Positions 14,657 through 27,987 are shown, numbered from the stretch's first letter. The stretch: 64,000 nt of DNA from Octopus sinensis (GCF_006345805.1 NW_021833054.1:20003-84002); one strand, 5' to 3'. Notes: a model not told the origin generated them from the sequence alone. A program made the numbers and translations.

Positions 14657-16754
14657 ATATATATATACGTATATATAAATATATAAATATATATATATAT
14701 ATACTGGTGTCACATAAATGTACCCATAAAAACTCTCAGAGTGGTTGGCATTAGGAAGGGCATCCAACCATAGAAAACCATGGCAAATCAGACTAGATTC
14801 TGGTGCAGCATTCCAGCGTGCAAGCCCAGTCAAATAGTCCAACCCATGCCAGCATGGGCAATGGACATTAAATGATGATGATGGCCCAGTGGTTAAGGTG
14901 TTGCACTCATGAGCGAAAGATCCATGGGTGTGATTGCAAAACAGGGAAGTGCATTATGTTTTTCAGCAAAACACTTCATCTCACATTGCTCTGCAATTTC
15001 TTTGATACATATGCACAGCACACTATGCACCTGTACAGGTAATGTCAGTTTGATGGAGGAAGTGAGCTAATTTATAACAACAAACTTTTGATCACTATAA
15101 ACAAATTATCTGTGCAGGTTATTCAGCAAGGAACTGCAGAACTGCCTTCCTGAATCTGAGAGACAAACAGTGTTTGTGCATGTGTGTGTGTGTGCGCACG
15201 CATGCGTATGTGCATGTGTCTGTCTATCTGTCTCCTTGTCTTGACATTGCAAGATAGTTAAAGACAAGCAGAGTCCTTCGTTTCTAGTCTTCCATGAAAA
15301 CAAGTTCAGGCATGGGGAAATATCTTGCTTGGGAACAGGAAAGGGTTGAGTGACAGAAGGGTATCTGGCCATAGAAAATCTACCTCAACAAATTACATCT
15401 GACCTACACGAGCACAAACTAGACATTAAATCAATGATGATAACAATGAAGATGAATCATCTGCATGCAGCATTTCCTGATAGATACAAAATAAATTGAC
15501 CTTCAAGGCCATCAGAGAGGTAAATGACTGGTTTGGCTTTACAAATGTAAATGGCTGAAGAGAATCCATAATTAACAGATTAAAAGATTTTGATTAAATA
15601 TTTAATACTTTGAGTTGCTAAACAAAAAAGTTTAATAAATTTGTAAGTATGGTACCAAGTATGTGTTGTACTGTAATGATGATACAGGTATAATCAAATG
15701 TACCTTCAAACTAATTCCCTACAATTAAATTTTTCTTGGAGTTGAATCAAACAGCATTAAAAACGTATAATTTAGAGAGAAATTAGTCTAATATTTATTT
15801 TTGTGATAACTGTGAAGTTACAGAGAGGGCATTCTTTCTATAACAAAAATAAAATAATAGAAATAACTATCAGAAATAAATAGTGACAATTCAACATTAG
15901 TTTTTATATCAAATATGCATATTTTGATGGTTTTAGACACAGATTAGTGAAATAATTATATCTTTACAGTTATATCTATCTTTGAACATTACTCTTCTTA
16001 AACCCAAGCTCCATTAAACAAATCTTAATCCTATAATATCATAGCTTTCTTAGACAATCTGCAAGCATCAACCACTAACTAAAGATATTTTAGCTCAGTT
16101 TTCACCTCCTATTCTTATTACACCATTGTATTTATTACTTGAGATTTTCCTTAAAATTTGCTCATTCAAAGTTATTGTCTAGGTGCTGGTGTAGCTGTGT
16201 GGTAAGAAATTTGCTTCCCAACCACATGGCTCCAGGTTCATTCCCACTGAGTAGCACTTTGGGCAAGTGTCTTCTACTATAGCCCTAAGCCAACCGAAGC
16301 CTTGTGAGTGGATTTGGAAGATGGAAACTGAAAAAATCCCTTCATATACATGTGCATATATGTTTGTCCCACCACAGACAAAAGAGAGTAGGAAAATATG
16401 TACCAGAGAACCATGTAAAAAGCACTCCTGTCAGCACCATGTAAAAAGCACCTATTCAGCAGCATGTACAAGTTGACTTTGGCAGTATTTGAACTCAGAA
16501 TGTAAAAAAAACACAGAAAATGTCACCAAGCATCTTGTCTGGTGCAGTAACTATTCTGCCCGCTTGCTACTCTATTACATAACATAATGATGAAGATAAT
16601 TTCTGGTTTTTCAGAATTACTACCAGCTCACAAAAGAAATTTGAAAATAACCTCAATATATATGAACATTCTTTGTGGCTGTCTTTTAATACATTCTCAT
16701 CTTTCAGAGCAGCAAATGTCAGAATTATACTTTAATCAGTCTTTAATCACGTAT

Positions 16755-17140
16755 GGGAAGCACTCTGTCGGTTACGACGATGAGGGTTCCGGTTGATCCG
16801 AATCAACGGAACAGCCTGCTCGTGAAATTAACGTGTAAGTGGCTGAGCACTCCACAGACACGTGTACCCTTAACGTAGTTCTCGGGGATATTCAGCGTGA
16901 CACAGAGAGTGATAAGGCCGGCCCTTTGAAATACAGGTACAACAGAAACAGGAAGTAAGAGTGAGAGAAAGTTGTGGTGAAAGAGTACAGCAGGGATCAC
17001 CACCATCCCCTGCCGGAGCCTCGTGGAGCTTTAGGTGTTTTCGCTCAATAAACACTCACAACGCCCGGTCTGGGAATCGAAACCACGATCCTATGACCGC
17101 GAGTCCGCTGCCCTAACCACTGGGCCATTGCGCATCCGTC
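16755..17140 (-). mobile_element. Full-length tRNA-derived SINE with TSD
   Basis: Minus-strand head has box A TGGCCCAGTGGTT and box B GGTTTCGATTCCC. 12-bp TSD TTAATCACGTAT at 16743-16754 and 17141-17152. Confidence 0.85.
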
Positions 17141-17397
17141 TTAATCACGTATATACACTGTTAGAAGGTATGAAGCTGAGGAATTGTCTGAGATAAAATC
17201 TCTTAACAGGCTTGTTACATTAAAATCACAATTTATATAGGAATGAGATGAATATCATCACTGCAGTAACTCACCAGAACTACAAACACATTTCATCGTT
17301 GTTGAGCTTTGTCAATGCTAGGTACCTGTTTAATTAGACACGCATACACACATGCATATAGGGGCAGGTGTGGTTGTGTGGTAAGAAGCTTGCTTCC

Positions 17398-19458
17398 TGC
17401 GCATGTGTTGGTCAGTGTTTTCTTTGCACTGCTAGGAGTCATGTCACTGTACACCAGCGTTATGAATTATTGAACAAGTGAAGCACAACTACCAGGTAAG
17501 ACATTTGTTTTTTGGGGGTGATTTAGTGAGAGTTTGTTGCTCGTGTTCTTTTTATTTTGTCGAACAAGAAATCTCCACTGAGTTCCTGGCAAATTGTCTA
17601 CCTGTAGTTGTGATTAGAAGTCTCACTTAGCAGTGAGAAGTGTGTTTTGGGAGCATATCCCTCCTCCTATAATTGTGCTTATTTTTTACCAATTTTTGGT
17701 GGAATTGTTGTGTGACTGTTTTGTACCCTGGGTTACCAAGAGGATTACCAAGTTAGCCAGGAGTACCAGGACAGCCAGAAAAATAGTTTGCTGTGTTTTT
17801 GAACTGTTTCTTGTCTTCTTCCTTCCTTCCTGCATTTTTGTTTCTTTTTGACTCTGTGAACTTTTGTTTTTTGTGAACTTTTTTCCAAAAAAAAACATAG
17901 CAAAAAAGACAAACAACACTGTGTTGGAGTGGGGGATTGTCCCACCCAAGCAGTGGATGAAAGACTTTGAAGAGAGGAAGGTGGTGTTAAGGACTTACTT
18001 AAAGTTGCTCGGCACCATCACCCTCTTCCAAAAGACTCAAATTGAAAAAGAGTTGGCAGAATATTTGCCAACTATTAAATTCATCTCCAGCGGGGTAAAA
18101 TATGCAACAGTGTGATTGCTAAATTTGACACCCCTGAGGAGGCTCGCAAATTTGCAAGTCATCCCTTAGAGGGCAAAGAGATTTTGGTTCTTCCCATGTA
18201 CTGTGGGAAGGAGTTGACAAGAGCTTGGGTCTGCAGGTTTCCACCTCGGATAGAACTCGAGTGGATAGAAGACAATATCCACCAGGGTAAAGGTGGCAGC
18301 GGATCCAAGCTGCTTAATGCTAAAATTTTGCCAGCGGCTTATTGGGTTGGGTCAAAAGCTATTTTGACCCTGTGGACCCAATCAGCCAAAAATCTGGTTT
18401 TTCCAGATTTTTTGAAAATGGCCGGTTGCAGATATCCAGTGATACTTGAGGTACACTCTCCCAAGTGTCACCTGTGCCTGGAACCAGGCCACATTAAAAA
18501 GAACTGTTCTCAGCACCATAGTAGGGTCCCGGAACAGTTGGTTGGAGAGAAATTGACCCCTCCCCATTCGGAGGGAGAGATGGAGACGGTCAAGGAGGTG
18601 GAAACCTCCTCAAAAAAGGGCCATAAAAGGAACAAGGTGGGTAACAATGGTTGCCCCCTGAAGGATCCGAAGGTTATGGGAGGGAAGGAAACCTTCTGGA
18701 CAAAATGGAAGAACTCCACCCTCCCGTAGCTTAAGGAAAAAAAAAAGAAAAAGAAAAACAGGACATTGGTGCCGGTTAGTAACACACTGCTGGCATGTCC
18801 TGAAACCCCATCAGTGGGAATTGTGCCACTGACGGAAGAAACTGTGGCCCCTTCCTATGCAAGGGGCGAGGAATTTATAATCCTCCTTCACAAGGGAGGG
18901 GCTTAGGAGAACTTCGTAAACAAGTTAACAAAAAAAAGGCCGGAGGGAAGGGGTTTTATCTTGTACTGAAGACCCTGATTTGCCTCTGCAGGTGGCTGCA
19001 GAGGTCATAGGGGAAACCAACTTGTGCAGGGTAATGAATTCCTTCCCCGAGGATATATTTAAATTCACGCTAAAGTGGCCTGACTCGGCACCTTCCAGGT
19101 GCTTCAATGAGGCAGTGTGTTTAGTCAGGCATGGAAGTAAGAAGCTTTAACGCTTTGAGTTGTAAAAAAAGGTAAGAGGCTTAGTGCCTCATTTTTGTAA
19201 GGACTTGGAGTCCATTTGTGAAAAATGTAAGAGGCTTAGTGTCCCAATGAACTATAGTAAGAGGTTTATAACCTCAATTGGTTTTATAAAAGAGAAAAAA
19301 AAGAACAATGTTCTCGAGAAGCATCGATTGGCAGGCATCGCCTGCCTCTCTCATCAATATCATTATTATTTTGCTCATCGTTCACTTCATTTGTATTGTT
19401 GTCCAGCCCACACTTGCTTCTATCTATGTAATGTCTTTATGGCAAATTTGATGAAATA
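17398..19458 (+). mobile_element. ORF1-only (HAL1-like) non-LTR retroelement, Tx1/L1-related, inserted in a SINE head
   Basis: 15-bp TSD AAGAAGCTTGCTTCC at 17383-17397 and 19459-19473 splits a SINE. It contains a gag-like ORF1 with a CCHC knuckle and an A-rich 3' end. No RT or endonuclease motifs were seen. Confidence 0.7.
17957..19150 (+). pseudogene. LINE ORF1 (gag-like CCHC zinc-knuckle nucleic-acid-binding protein), disrupted
   Basis: ORFs 17864-18115 and 18112-18729 join across a frameshift near 18110. Motif CHLCLEPGHIKKNC (C-X2-C-X4-H-X4-C). Coding-like sequence continues past the TAG at 18727-18729 to about 19150. Confidence 0.7.
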
Positions 19459-21999
19459 AAGAAGCTTGCTTCCCAACCATATGGTTCTAGGTTCAGTCCT
19501 ACTGCATGGCATCTTGAGTAAGTGTCTCCTGGGGCAGAAACTGAAAGAAGCCTGTCACACACACACTTCCGCTAATATAATTGGAAACAAATTTGTTACT
19601 CACCAATTAAAATCATTTGAATCATTCTCAACCACAAGCCAGAAGTACAAGAAGAAAGTCATATAGATAAAAGTAATCAGGAGAATTACTAGTATGATTA
19701 AGTCTTTCTGCAACAAAGACAAAATAGTAACATTGTGATTAGTACTTAAATGAATGGTAACAGCACAAAATTGGAAGCTGACTGAAAGTTTACTCTTTAC
19801 AATAAAACAATTACAGAATCAATATTAAATTAATTATATTAAAATATTTTTAAAAATTATAGGCAGGAACCAATAACATGCATGGGATAACTTTCAGATA
19901 TAATTCTTCTAAACAACAACAACAAATGTAAATCATTTCAGAAGGAAAGAAAATTGATTTTATTATATTGATTTATAACAGGCACATGGCCACACATTTT
20001 GGAGGGAGGAACAGACCATCATTTCAACCCAGTGCTTGTATGGAAATTGTTTTATCAAATCCTGAATGATGAAAGACATATTTACTCTCAGTGAGATTTA
20101 GGCTCAAAATGTAAAGAAGCATAACTATGTTACTTACCTGTGTGCAAATTGCACCCCTAATTTAGTGTTAAACCTTGGTACAAAGGTTGCATAGAGTATT
20201 AGTTTTAGCTTTGCCCCACGAATAAGTAGGACCCCAGTTTTTCTAGTATAAAATAGTGCAAATTATATATGGGTAAATACAATAATTACTACATGGCATT
20301 TTACCCAGTATTCTATTGATTTTTATAATATATTCATTACTAACATTGACAGGAAGCCTCATATTTTGGAGGAAAGGTTATCATCACTTAAATCAACTGC
20401 AGTACTTATCTGCTAGTCTATTTTATAAAACCTGAAAGAAAGACAAAGTTAGCCTCAGTAAAATTTGAGCACCGGATGTAGAGAGATACAACTAAATATC
20501 ACACACACATATTATATATACTTTTATATATGTATATATTTCTAAATATATCTCTGACTTTCTGTGCAAAACAAATTTGTATAGCAACATGAGTAATAAA
20601 AATTATAATCCATTTTAATATCTATTCTCCTCAATTTACATAAATATGAATGAATTTGTTGAACTGTGTTTAATAAGTTAAATCATATACTTAATATAAA
20701 CATATATATATAGTCATCAAAGGATACATAAGTCAGAAAAAAACAAGTATATCTTAATAGAGTTAGTATATTAATATATACAGTATTATAGATTCATTTT
20801 CATACCAGCTCTTCCGATGAGCACTGTCTGAGGCTAACATCTTTCAATAATATTGTATAGTATAGATATGAATATATACTGTTATATTTGGGGATGATCC
20901 TTTTGCTGATAAACATACATGCTATTTATTTGATCTTTACTGTAGCTTTGCTATTATTATTATCATTATTAGTTTATTTGTCAGAGTTCTTTCATCACAC
21001 TTACAGTAACTTCTTCAATGACTATCTGTTCTTCATGTCTCTTCTTCTCTCTGGTCTTGTCCCGTTTATCCCATTTTATCTTTTGTTATATGTATCCTTA
21101 TTTGCACAAATGTTTGCATCTGCATCAGTGTGTGTGTGTAAGTATGTGTGTGTGTGTGTCTGTGTGCACACATCTATGTTTGCTGTGCAAATGTGTATCT
21201 TGTGTACATGTATACGGCTTTGAATATTACACTGTAACTGTGTCATTTTACTTCTTGTTCAGTCTTCAGTTGTTAGATTGCAGGGTATTGAAGCTCAATC
21301 TATTTTCTATTATGTGTGTAGCCTCTGTAATCTGCCTGAGTGTTGTGTCTGTTTGATGTGTCAATAAGATCCTAACATCTATGTTATCTATCAAGCCTCA
21401 TGTTATAGTTTAGCATACTGGTATGGCACAGACAAGCTTTTCTCTCCTCCTTCAGTTCCTGTCAAGCTTGTATGAGTTTCAACACATGACTCTACATCAA
21501 GAATCTAGGATGTGCATGTGTGTGTCTCTATTTTTATTTTTTCCTTTTTCCAATCATTAGATTGGGGCCATGCTGGGGCACCACCTTGAAGAATTTTAAT
21601 CGAATGTATTGACCCCAGTAATTATTACTTTTTTTGTGTGTGATATTTACTCTATCATTTTCTTTTACTAAACTGTTAAGTTACGAGGGATGTAAAACAC
21701 ATCAACACTGGTTGTCAAGCAGTGGTGGAGGATATACACAAACATGCACACACACACACGCACACACACACACGCACACACACACCACACACGCACACAC
21801 ATGCACACACACACACACACACACAATACAACAAGCTTCTTTCAGTTTCCGCCTACCAAATCCATTATCCACTCACAAGGCTTTGATTGGCCCAAGGTTA
21901 TAATAGAAGACACCTGCCCAATGGGCCACACGATGAGACCCAGAACCATGTGGTTGGGAAGCAAACCTCTTACCACACAGCTATACCGGCACCTATGTA

Positions 22000-22031
<32 letters not shown>

Positions 22032-22509
22032 AATAGGAGGACAGTTTTTCTTTCAAATGTGATTATTTTTTTTTAAAGCAAAACTATCTTTATGTTTGTT
22101 TGTTAGTTTGTTTTAAGGGCTTTTCATGTTTCCTTCTTAGTTCTTTGTTTGGTTTGAAACAATATCCTTCCTAAATTCATTAGTCTGACATCTGAAGATT
22201 TAATCAATCTCATTTTCAGAATCTATTGGACATGTCTTACAGTAACAACTAGCTTGAATCAACAAGCAAATATGGGAAGTGTTTAAATGCAAGAAAGAGG
22301 ACAGCGGTTTGGAAACCCACTCCCAGATATATTAGTCTCCACTTGCAGTCCACATGCCTTGTACTTTGAAATGGAAATATAACAGGTTACATATCAGATT
22401 CATTTGAAAGTGGAACATATTATTAATCCACGATAAATGGATAATAAGCAGGATTTGAGACATTAACCTTCTGGGTCAAAATTTTCACTGAAAGGAAAAG
22501 GATTAATTT

Positions 22510-22607
22510 TACTACTACTACTACTACTACTACTACTACCAGCACCAACACCAGCATCACCACCACCACCACTACTACTGCAACTGCTGCTGCTACTACT
22601 ACTACTG

Positions 22608-22656
<49 letters not shown>

Positions 22657-22683
22657 TAATAATAATCATCATCATCATCATCA
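22510..22683. repeat. Compound trinucleotide microsatellite (ACT)n-(ACC)n-(ATA)n-(ATC)n
   Basis: Direct observation; the (ATC)n part is the tail of the adjacent RTE copy. Confidence 0.9.
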
Positions 22684-23640
22684 TTGTCGTTTAACATCTG
22701 TTTTCCATGCTAGCACAGGTTGGACAGTTCGACCGGGGTTTGAGAAGCCAGGAGGCTGCACCAGGCCCCAATCTGATCTGGCAGTGTTTCTACAGCTGGA
22801 TGCCCTTTCTAACGCCAACCACTCCGTGAGTGTAGTGGGTGCTTTTTACATGCCACTGGTACAGGTTCCAGGGAAGGCTGGCAGCGGCAACAATCGGTTG
22901 GTGCTTTTTACATGCCACTGGAACAGAAGCCAATCAAGGCGGCGCTGGCATCGACCACATTCGGATGGTGCTTTTTTGGTGCTACTGGCACAGGTATCAC
23001 AACTACAATTTCCATTTGATATTTATTTTGACGTTGATGTACTTGACTCAATAGGTCTCCTCAAGCACAGCAGGTCATGTGCCACCGGAACAGAAGCCAG
23101 TAAAGGCGGCGCTGGCATCGGCCACGTTTGGATGGTGCTTTTTATGTGCCGCCGGCACAGGTATCACAACTGCAATTTCTATTTGATATTTATTTTAATA
23201 TTGATGTACTTGACTCAATAGGTCTCCTCAAGCACAGCAGGTCACCCTACGATCCAAGGTAAGCCTAGCAGGTCGTTCTGCAATCCAAGGTACTTTGGAT
23301 GGGCTGGGGCTATGCGAAAATGGTGCAGGAAACAGCCATGAACTCACATTATTTGTCGGGCCTTTGTAGTCACAGCATATCTCCAGAGATCTCGGTCTTT
23401 CGTCATTGCCTCTGTGAAACCCAACGTTCGAAGGTCATGCTTGACCACCTCATCCCATGTCTTCCTGGATTTACCTCTCCTCCAGATACCTTCAACTGTT
23501 TGGGAGTGGCACTTCTTCACACATCTCTCCTCATCCATCCACAGTACATGACCATACCAACGCAAACGTCTCTCTTGCATGCCACATCTGATGCTTCTTA
23601 TGTCCAGCATTTCTCTCAGGGCTGTCATCCCCAACTAGCT
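22665..23640 (-). mobile_element. 5'-truncated RTE-clade LINE (ORF2 C-terminus + 3'UTR)
   Basis: ORF 23344-23634 reads [20 protein letters not shown]...[17 protein letters not shown], a typical RTE ORF2 C-terminus. The 3'UTR has a ~170-bp tandem duplication (about 22905-23245) and a (GAT)n tail. Confidence 0.85.
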
Positions 23641-23870
23641 GTGCAACTCAACACCTTGTTAAATACTGACCAAGTAACTCCAGAGTGGTTGACATTGGGT
23701 AGGACAGTGCTGTGCTTGAAAAACATCAAAAGAGGCAATACGGTAGATAATTACAGGTCAATATCCTGTTTGCCACTTATGTGGTAATTATTGACTGGAG
23801 TACTCGCAGAGTCAATGTATGGACATCTGGAAAATGGAGTCCTGCCACATGAGCAGAGGAATAGAGAAGG
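23640..23870 (+). mobile_element. Reverse transcriptase N-terminal fragment of an R2/R4/NeSL-type LINE
   Basis: Translates [49 protein letters not shown], matching the RT 'NYRPITCLP..WKLLTG' region. Confidence 0.7.
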
Positions 23871-24582
23871 ATGAACTACAAATAAAGTGGCAAGATGTCT
23901 GTAATTCCAACACAAGGTCCAGTCCTTCTTGTAGTGTGGTGACTTATAAGCTTCAATGACCATAAGAGCTATTCCAGCAGTGTGCAGGCTCCTAGCAGGA
24001 CCTTCCATGTTGGACAGGTCAAAGGACAGAGGCCAGACTAATGGACCACCTCTTCCCAGAAGTAAAAGTGAGTTTGCATAGGGCCAAAACCCTGATCTAG
24101 AAAAAAATAAAATTATAGAAGCACTGATGGCAATTCAAAATCAACAAAATCGGTGAGAGAAATTCCACCTCTACTTAGGGAAATATATGAGATAGAGCTA
24201 TAAAAGCAGGGATCCAACTGGAGAGAAGTAGAAAAACAGCCCACAATTGAGAAAAGTCACAAATGGCCTATGTTTCATAGGGAGTGAAGGGCTTATGTAG
24301 CCATTAGGTCTGCCATTAAGTACAGATGGAAAAAAAGAATTTAGTTAAATAGAGAACTATACATAAAAGAATAAGAAAGGAATGAAAGAATAGAAAGAGG
24401 GGAATGTAGTAACTTATTTCAATGTAAGAGTGTGAAACAAAACAAAAATCAATTTTACTTGTAAGGAATGTGGAAAGAAAAACATGTAAAATTTCAAAAA
24501 GAAGTAAATGTTGTCAAGTAATATGAAGCTATAATACAAGTTTCATATATCGGATGAGAAAGGGAATTAACCATACACCTTT

Positions 24583-24623
<41 letters not shown>

Positions 24624-25922
24624 ATTAGAGAATAAGAAGAGGGTAAAAAAACTGCTACTGTTGAAGGAGGGTCAGCAATGACTATACCTTTACACAAACA
24701 GAATATTTAGGTAAAGGAAACAGCTAGGTAAGGCTATAATAGTGGAATGGGGAGGTAGTTGGTGTAAATTAACATCAAAATAATAAGGTAAGTTAGGCCT
24801 CGAAAAGAAACCATTTTACAGAATATACTGGGCATATTCTTTTCCATGGTAGCAATACTAGAGAAGAGTCATGCCCTTCACAAGGTTTACGGGCCTTCAC
24901 ACAGAGTGTACTGATACACTTTTAATGACACCCGCTCTAAAGAGCTAGCCATGTCCCTGAAACAACTAAAGGGGCCTCACAACTCTACATCTCTGCTTCC
25001 TTGCAATCTCATTACAAAGTGAAGTTAGGGGCAAAAAAAGACTGGGGCATGAATGAAAATAAAAAGTAGGATGTGTGACAGAGGTACTCAGTATTCAGGA
25101 TCACCATCACCATCACCATCATCATCATCATCACCATCATCATTGTTTAATGTCCGAGCTCCATGCTGGCATGGGTTGGACAGTTTGACACGGAGCTGAC
25201 TAGCAGGGGCTGTCTGGACTCCAACTCTCTGTTGTGGCTGGATGCCCTTCCTAATGCCAACCAGTTTACTGGGTACATTATACATGTCACTGTCTCAGGT
25301 GTGTTTACACAGTATGGTGCATTAAAGCAGCACTAGCACAGGTGCTTTTTAAGTGGCACCAGTACCTGAAAAGACAAGCCTATATGTGTGGAAGACAGCA
25401 ATTTTACATGGCTTGACATGTCTTATCAAGTGTAAAAAATTTTAATGCTGAGTGATGTTCCAAAATACTCAAAGTTAATGTCAAATGAACAAATTGACCC
25501 ATGAATAAGTCTGCAGTACATTTAACATGTTGAATATCATAATTATTTGAATGTAGCAGAACAATAGTCAGAAAATAAAGAACATTGTTAACCTTATTAA
25601 CAATAAAATTCCTCAATGAATTAAAGAACAGTTACATTTCAATTTAGTAAATAATTACTACGGCAACATAATTTTTACTGTCTTACAACCATTATTTTAC
25701 ATCAGCATATGTGGCTTCTGCAAATTAATTTAATAAAATATGCAATCTTTGCAGCTGAACACTCTTTCTATAATCATCCATGAAACCATAAATCAGGAGT
25801 TGCACCTATTATTGGTTCAGTGGAGGAAATGCACAACTCAAAGGGCTAGTGGAAGTCTTGAGCTGACTATGTGGTCAGTAATACAAAACCTCAACTACAA
25901 AATGATTGTGCTTCTTAAAATT

Positions 25923-26035
25923 GATGAAGAAGAAGAAGAGAAGAAGAAGAAGAGAAGAAGAAGAAGAAGAGAAGAAGAAGAAGAAGAAGAAGAAGAAGGT
26001 GGTGGTGGTGTGGTGGTGGTGGTGGTGGTGGTGGT
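25923..26035. repeat. (GAA)n followed by (GGT)n microsatellite
   Basis: Direct observation. Confidence 0.95.
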
Positions 26036-26241
26036 AGGAAAAATACCTTGGGAATCAGAATCCAAGTTCAAAATTTCCCCCAGGACACCTGATGAAGGCT
26101 GGAGAGTATATCAGGCAAAATGTGTTAACAACAAACAAGATAAGGACAAATTTCCATCAAATGTAACTAATATAAATAATGTACATAATTCCTCATCTCT
26201 CAAATTTAGAACTATATATATATACATGTATGTGTATATAT

Positions 26242-26292
<51 letters not shown>

Positions 26293-26517
26293 CGAGAAGG
26301 TTTACGAAAATAAACAAAAGACGAAGGCAGGTTTATGAAAATAAACAAAAGATGAAGGCAGGTGGAGTACAAACAAACAATTGTATTAGTATGGCGCTCA
26401 GGAATAGAAATAAAACAAGTCTTTTATGTTTCGAGCCTACGCTCTTCGACAGAAAGATACACAGAAAAAGAATCAAGGAGAGAAAAAAAATGCGTGCAGG
26501 AGCTAACGATTCAACAT

Positions 26518-26548
<31 letters not shown>

Positions 26549-26560
26549 ATATATGTGTGA

Positions 26561-26626
<66 letters not shown>

Positions 26627-27100
26627 ATATATATACAGCGATAGAAGACACCAATAAAAGACACCGATAGAATAAGTACTAGGCTTAAAAAGAATAAGTC
26701 CTGGGGTCAATTTCTTTAACTAAAACTGTTTAAGGTAGTGCTCCAGCATGGCCACAGTCAAATGATTTAAACACATAAAAGAAACACACACACACACACA
26801 TACTCATTCACTCACACACAAACACATGTACTTGCCTGGTAAATAATTTGACCCGAGACCATGTGTTGATACTAAAACAATTATGACCTGAAAATGTATA
26901 TTAACCATTACAGAATCATGTAAACACTGTTAACTTAAATATTTTTACTTGATATTGACAAATAATAAATGTTGAAGTGTAGTAAAGAGTTTTTAAATAA
27001 CAAATATCTTTCTTCTATACTGTAATTGTTTTATATACATACATGTATGTGCGTGTGTGTATGTGTGCATGTGTATGTACAAATATGTATATATCTGTGC

Positions 27101-27162
<62 letters not shown>

Positions 27163-27257
27163 ATACCTGCATACATACATATATATACACACACATATAT
27201 ATATACATATATATATACATACATATATATATATATATTATATATATATATATAAAA

Positions 27258-27318
<61 letters not shown>

Positions 27319-27873
27319 ATATATATGTATATATCTTTCTATGTATATATAATATTAATGAGTATTAAAACAATGGCTGTTATGAATGCATGTTTTACAA
27401 ATCATATTACATTGAAAAATTAGGATTTCAATAGAATTTTGATTATGCTTAAAACTTCACTCCATAATTTCTTTACCAAATAAAACTATTAAAAAAAATA
27501 TGGTGTTTAAAACTAACTGTCTCCTAATTGAAATACTGAATAAAGATCTTATACAAAGTTCAAAAATTGTGTTACATAATGATAAAATAAGGACTAAAGT
27601 TTGAATGATGCTTATATTTATTAAAAAAAATATAGAATATGCAAGCCAAACATACCCCAACAAAAATAAAAGAAAATGAAAGTTACAACTGAACAAAAAG
27701 TAAAAGAAAAGCAATACAAAAATAGCAGAACAAAAAAGGGAGCTTCTAAAGAGATAAAAAAGAAAAACTGAAATATTACCAAAAAATAACATTCATAAGT
27801 AAGAAGGGAAAAATATGACATCTCAGTAAAGACAGAAGTTTACAAATATCCAAAATAGTCATTGGCATCTTAC

Positions 27874-27987
27874 CGTCGTCAGATGATGATGCTTTGCCAT
27901 GGAGGATGCTGGCAGAGGAGCTATCTTCACCTCTGCCAACACTTCTGATGGCTTCTCTTCTGCAGACATCATGAATTATTTTTTCGG
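27874..27987 (-). other. Candidate exon (phase 1-1, 114 nt) of an unidentified gene
   Basis: Acceptor CTTCTAATAAACAG, donor GTAAGA, open frame EKIIHDVCRREAIRSVGRGEDSSSASILHGKASSSDD; locally GC-richer than the flanks. Confidence 0.35.

Noticed and set aside
17060-17137. tRNA-gene-like sequence (also 60126-60190 and 61796-61890)
   Set aside because: These are SINE heads: A/B boxes are present but continue into SINE bodies with TSDs, and no full cloverleaf is supported.
20805-20840. Third hammerhead-like core (CCGATGAGC...GCTAAC)
   Set aside because: Both conserved boxes are mutated and there is no supporting stem II.
20990-21490. Minus-strand protein-like stretches (KRHEEQIVIEEVT|GTAAGT; LIDTSNRHNTQADY...)
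   Set aside because: Multiple stops, no clear acceptor and no family match; indistinguishable from chance by eye.
24380-24500. Possible piggyBac C-terminal Cys-rich remnant (KTKINFTCKECGKK)
   Set aside because: Too short and degraded; no DDD motifs or TIRs located.
25740-26657. 305-aa ORF, the longest in the track
   Set aside because: Built from (GAA)n, (GGT)n and (AT)n microsatellites plus repeat fragments; stop-free only because of low complexity.
26993-27368. Clusters of YI/HT/CV-rich ORFs (also 7300-8130, 14498-14842, 20888-22076, 35638-35905, 38658-39213)
   Set aside because: Translations of (AT)n, (CA)n and (ACAT)n microsatellites.
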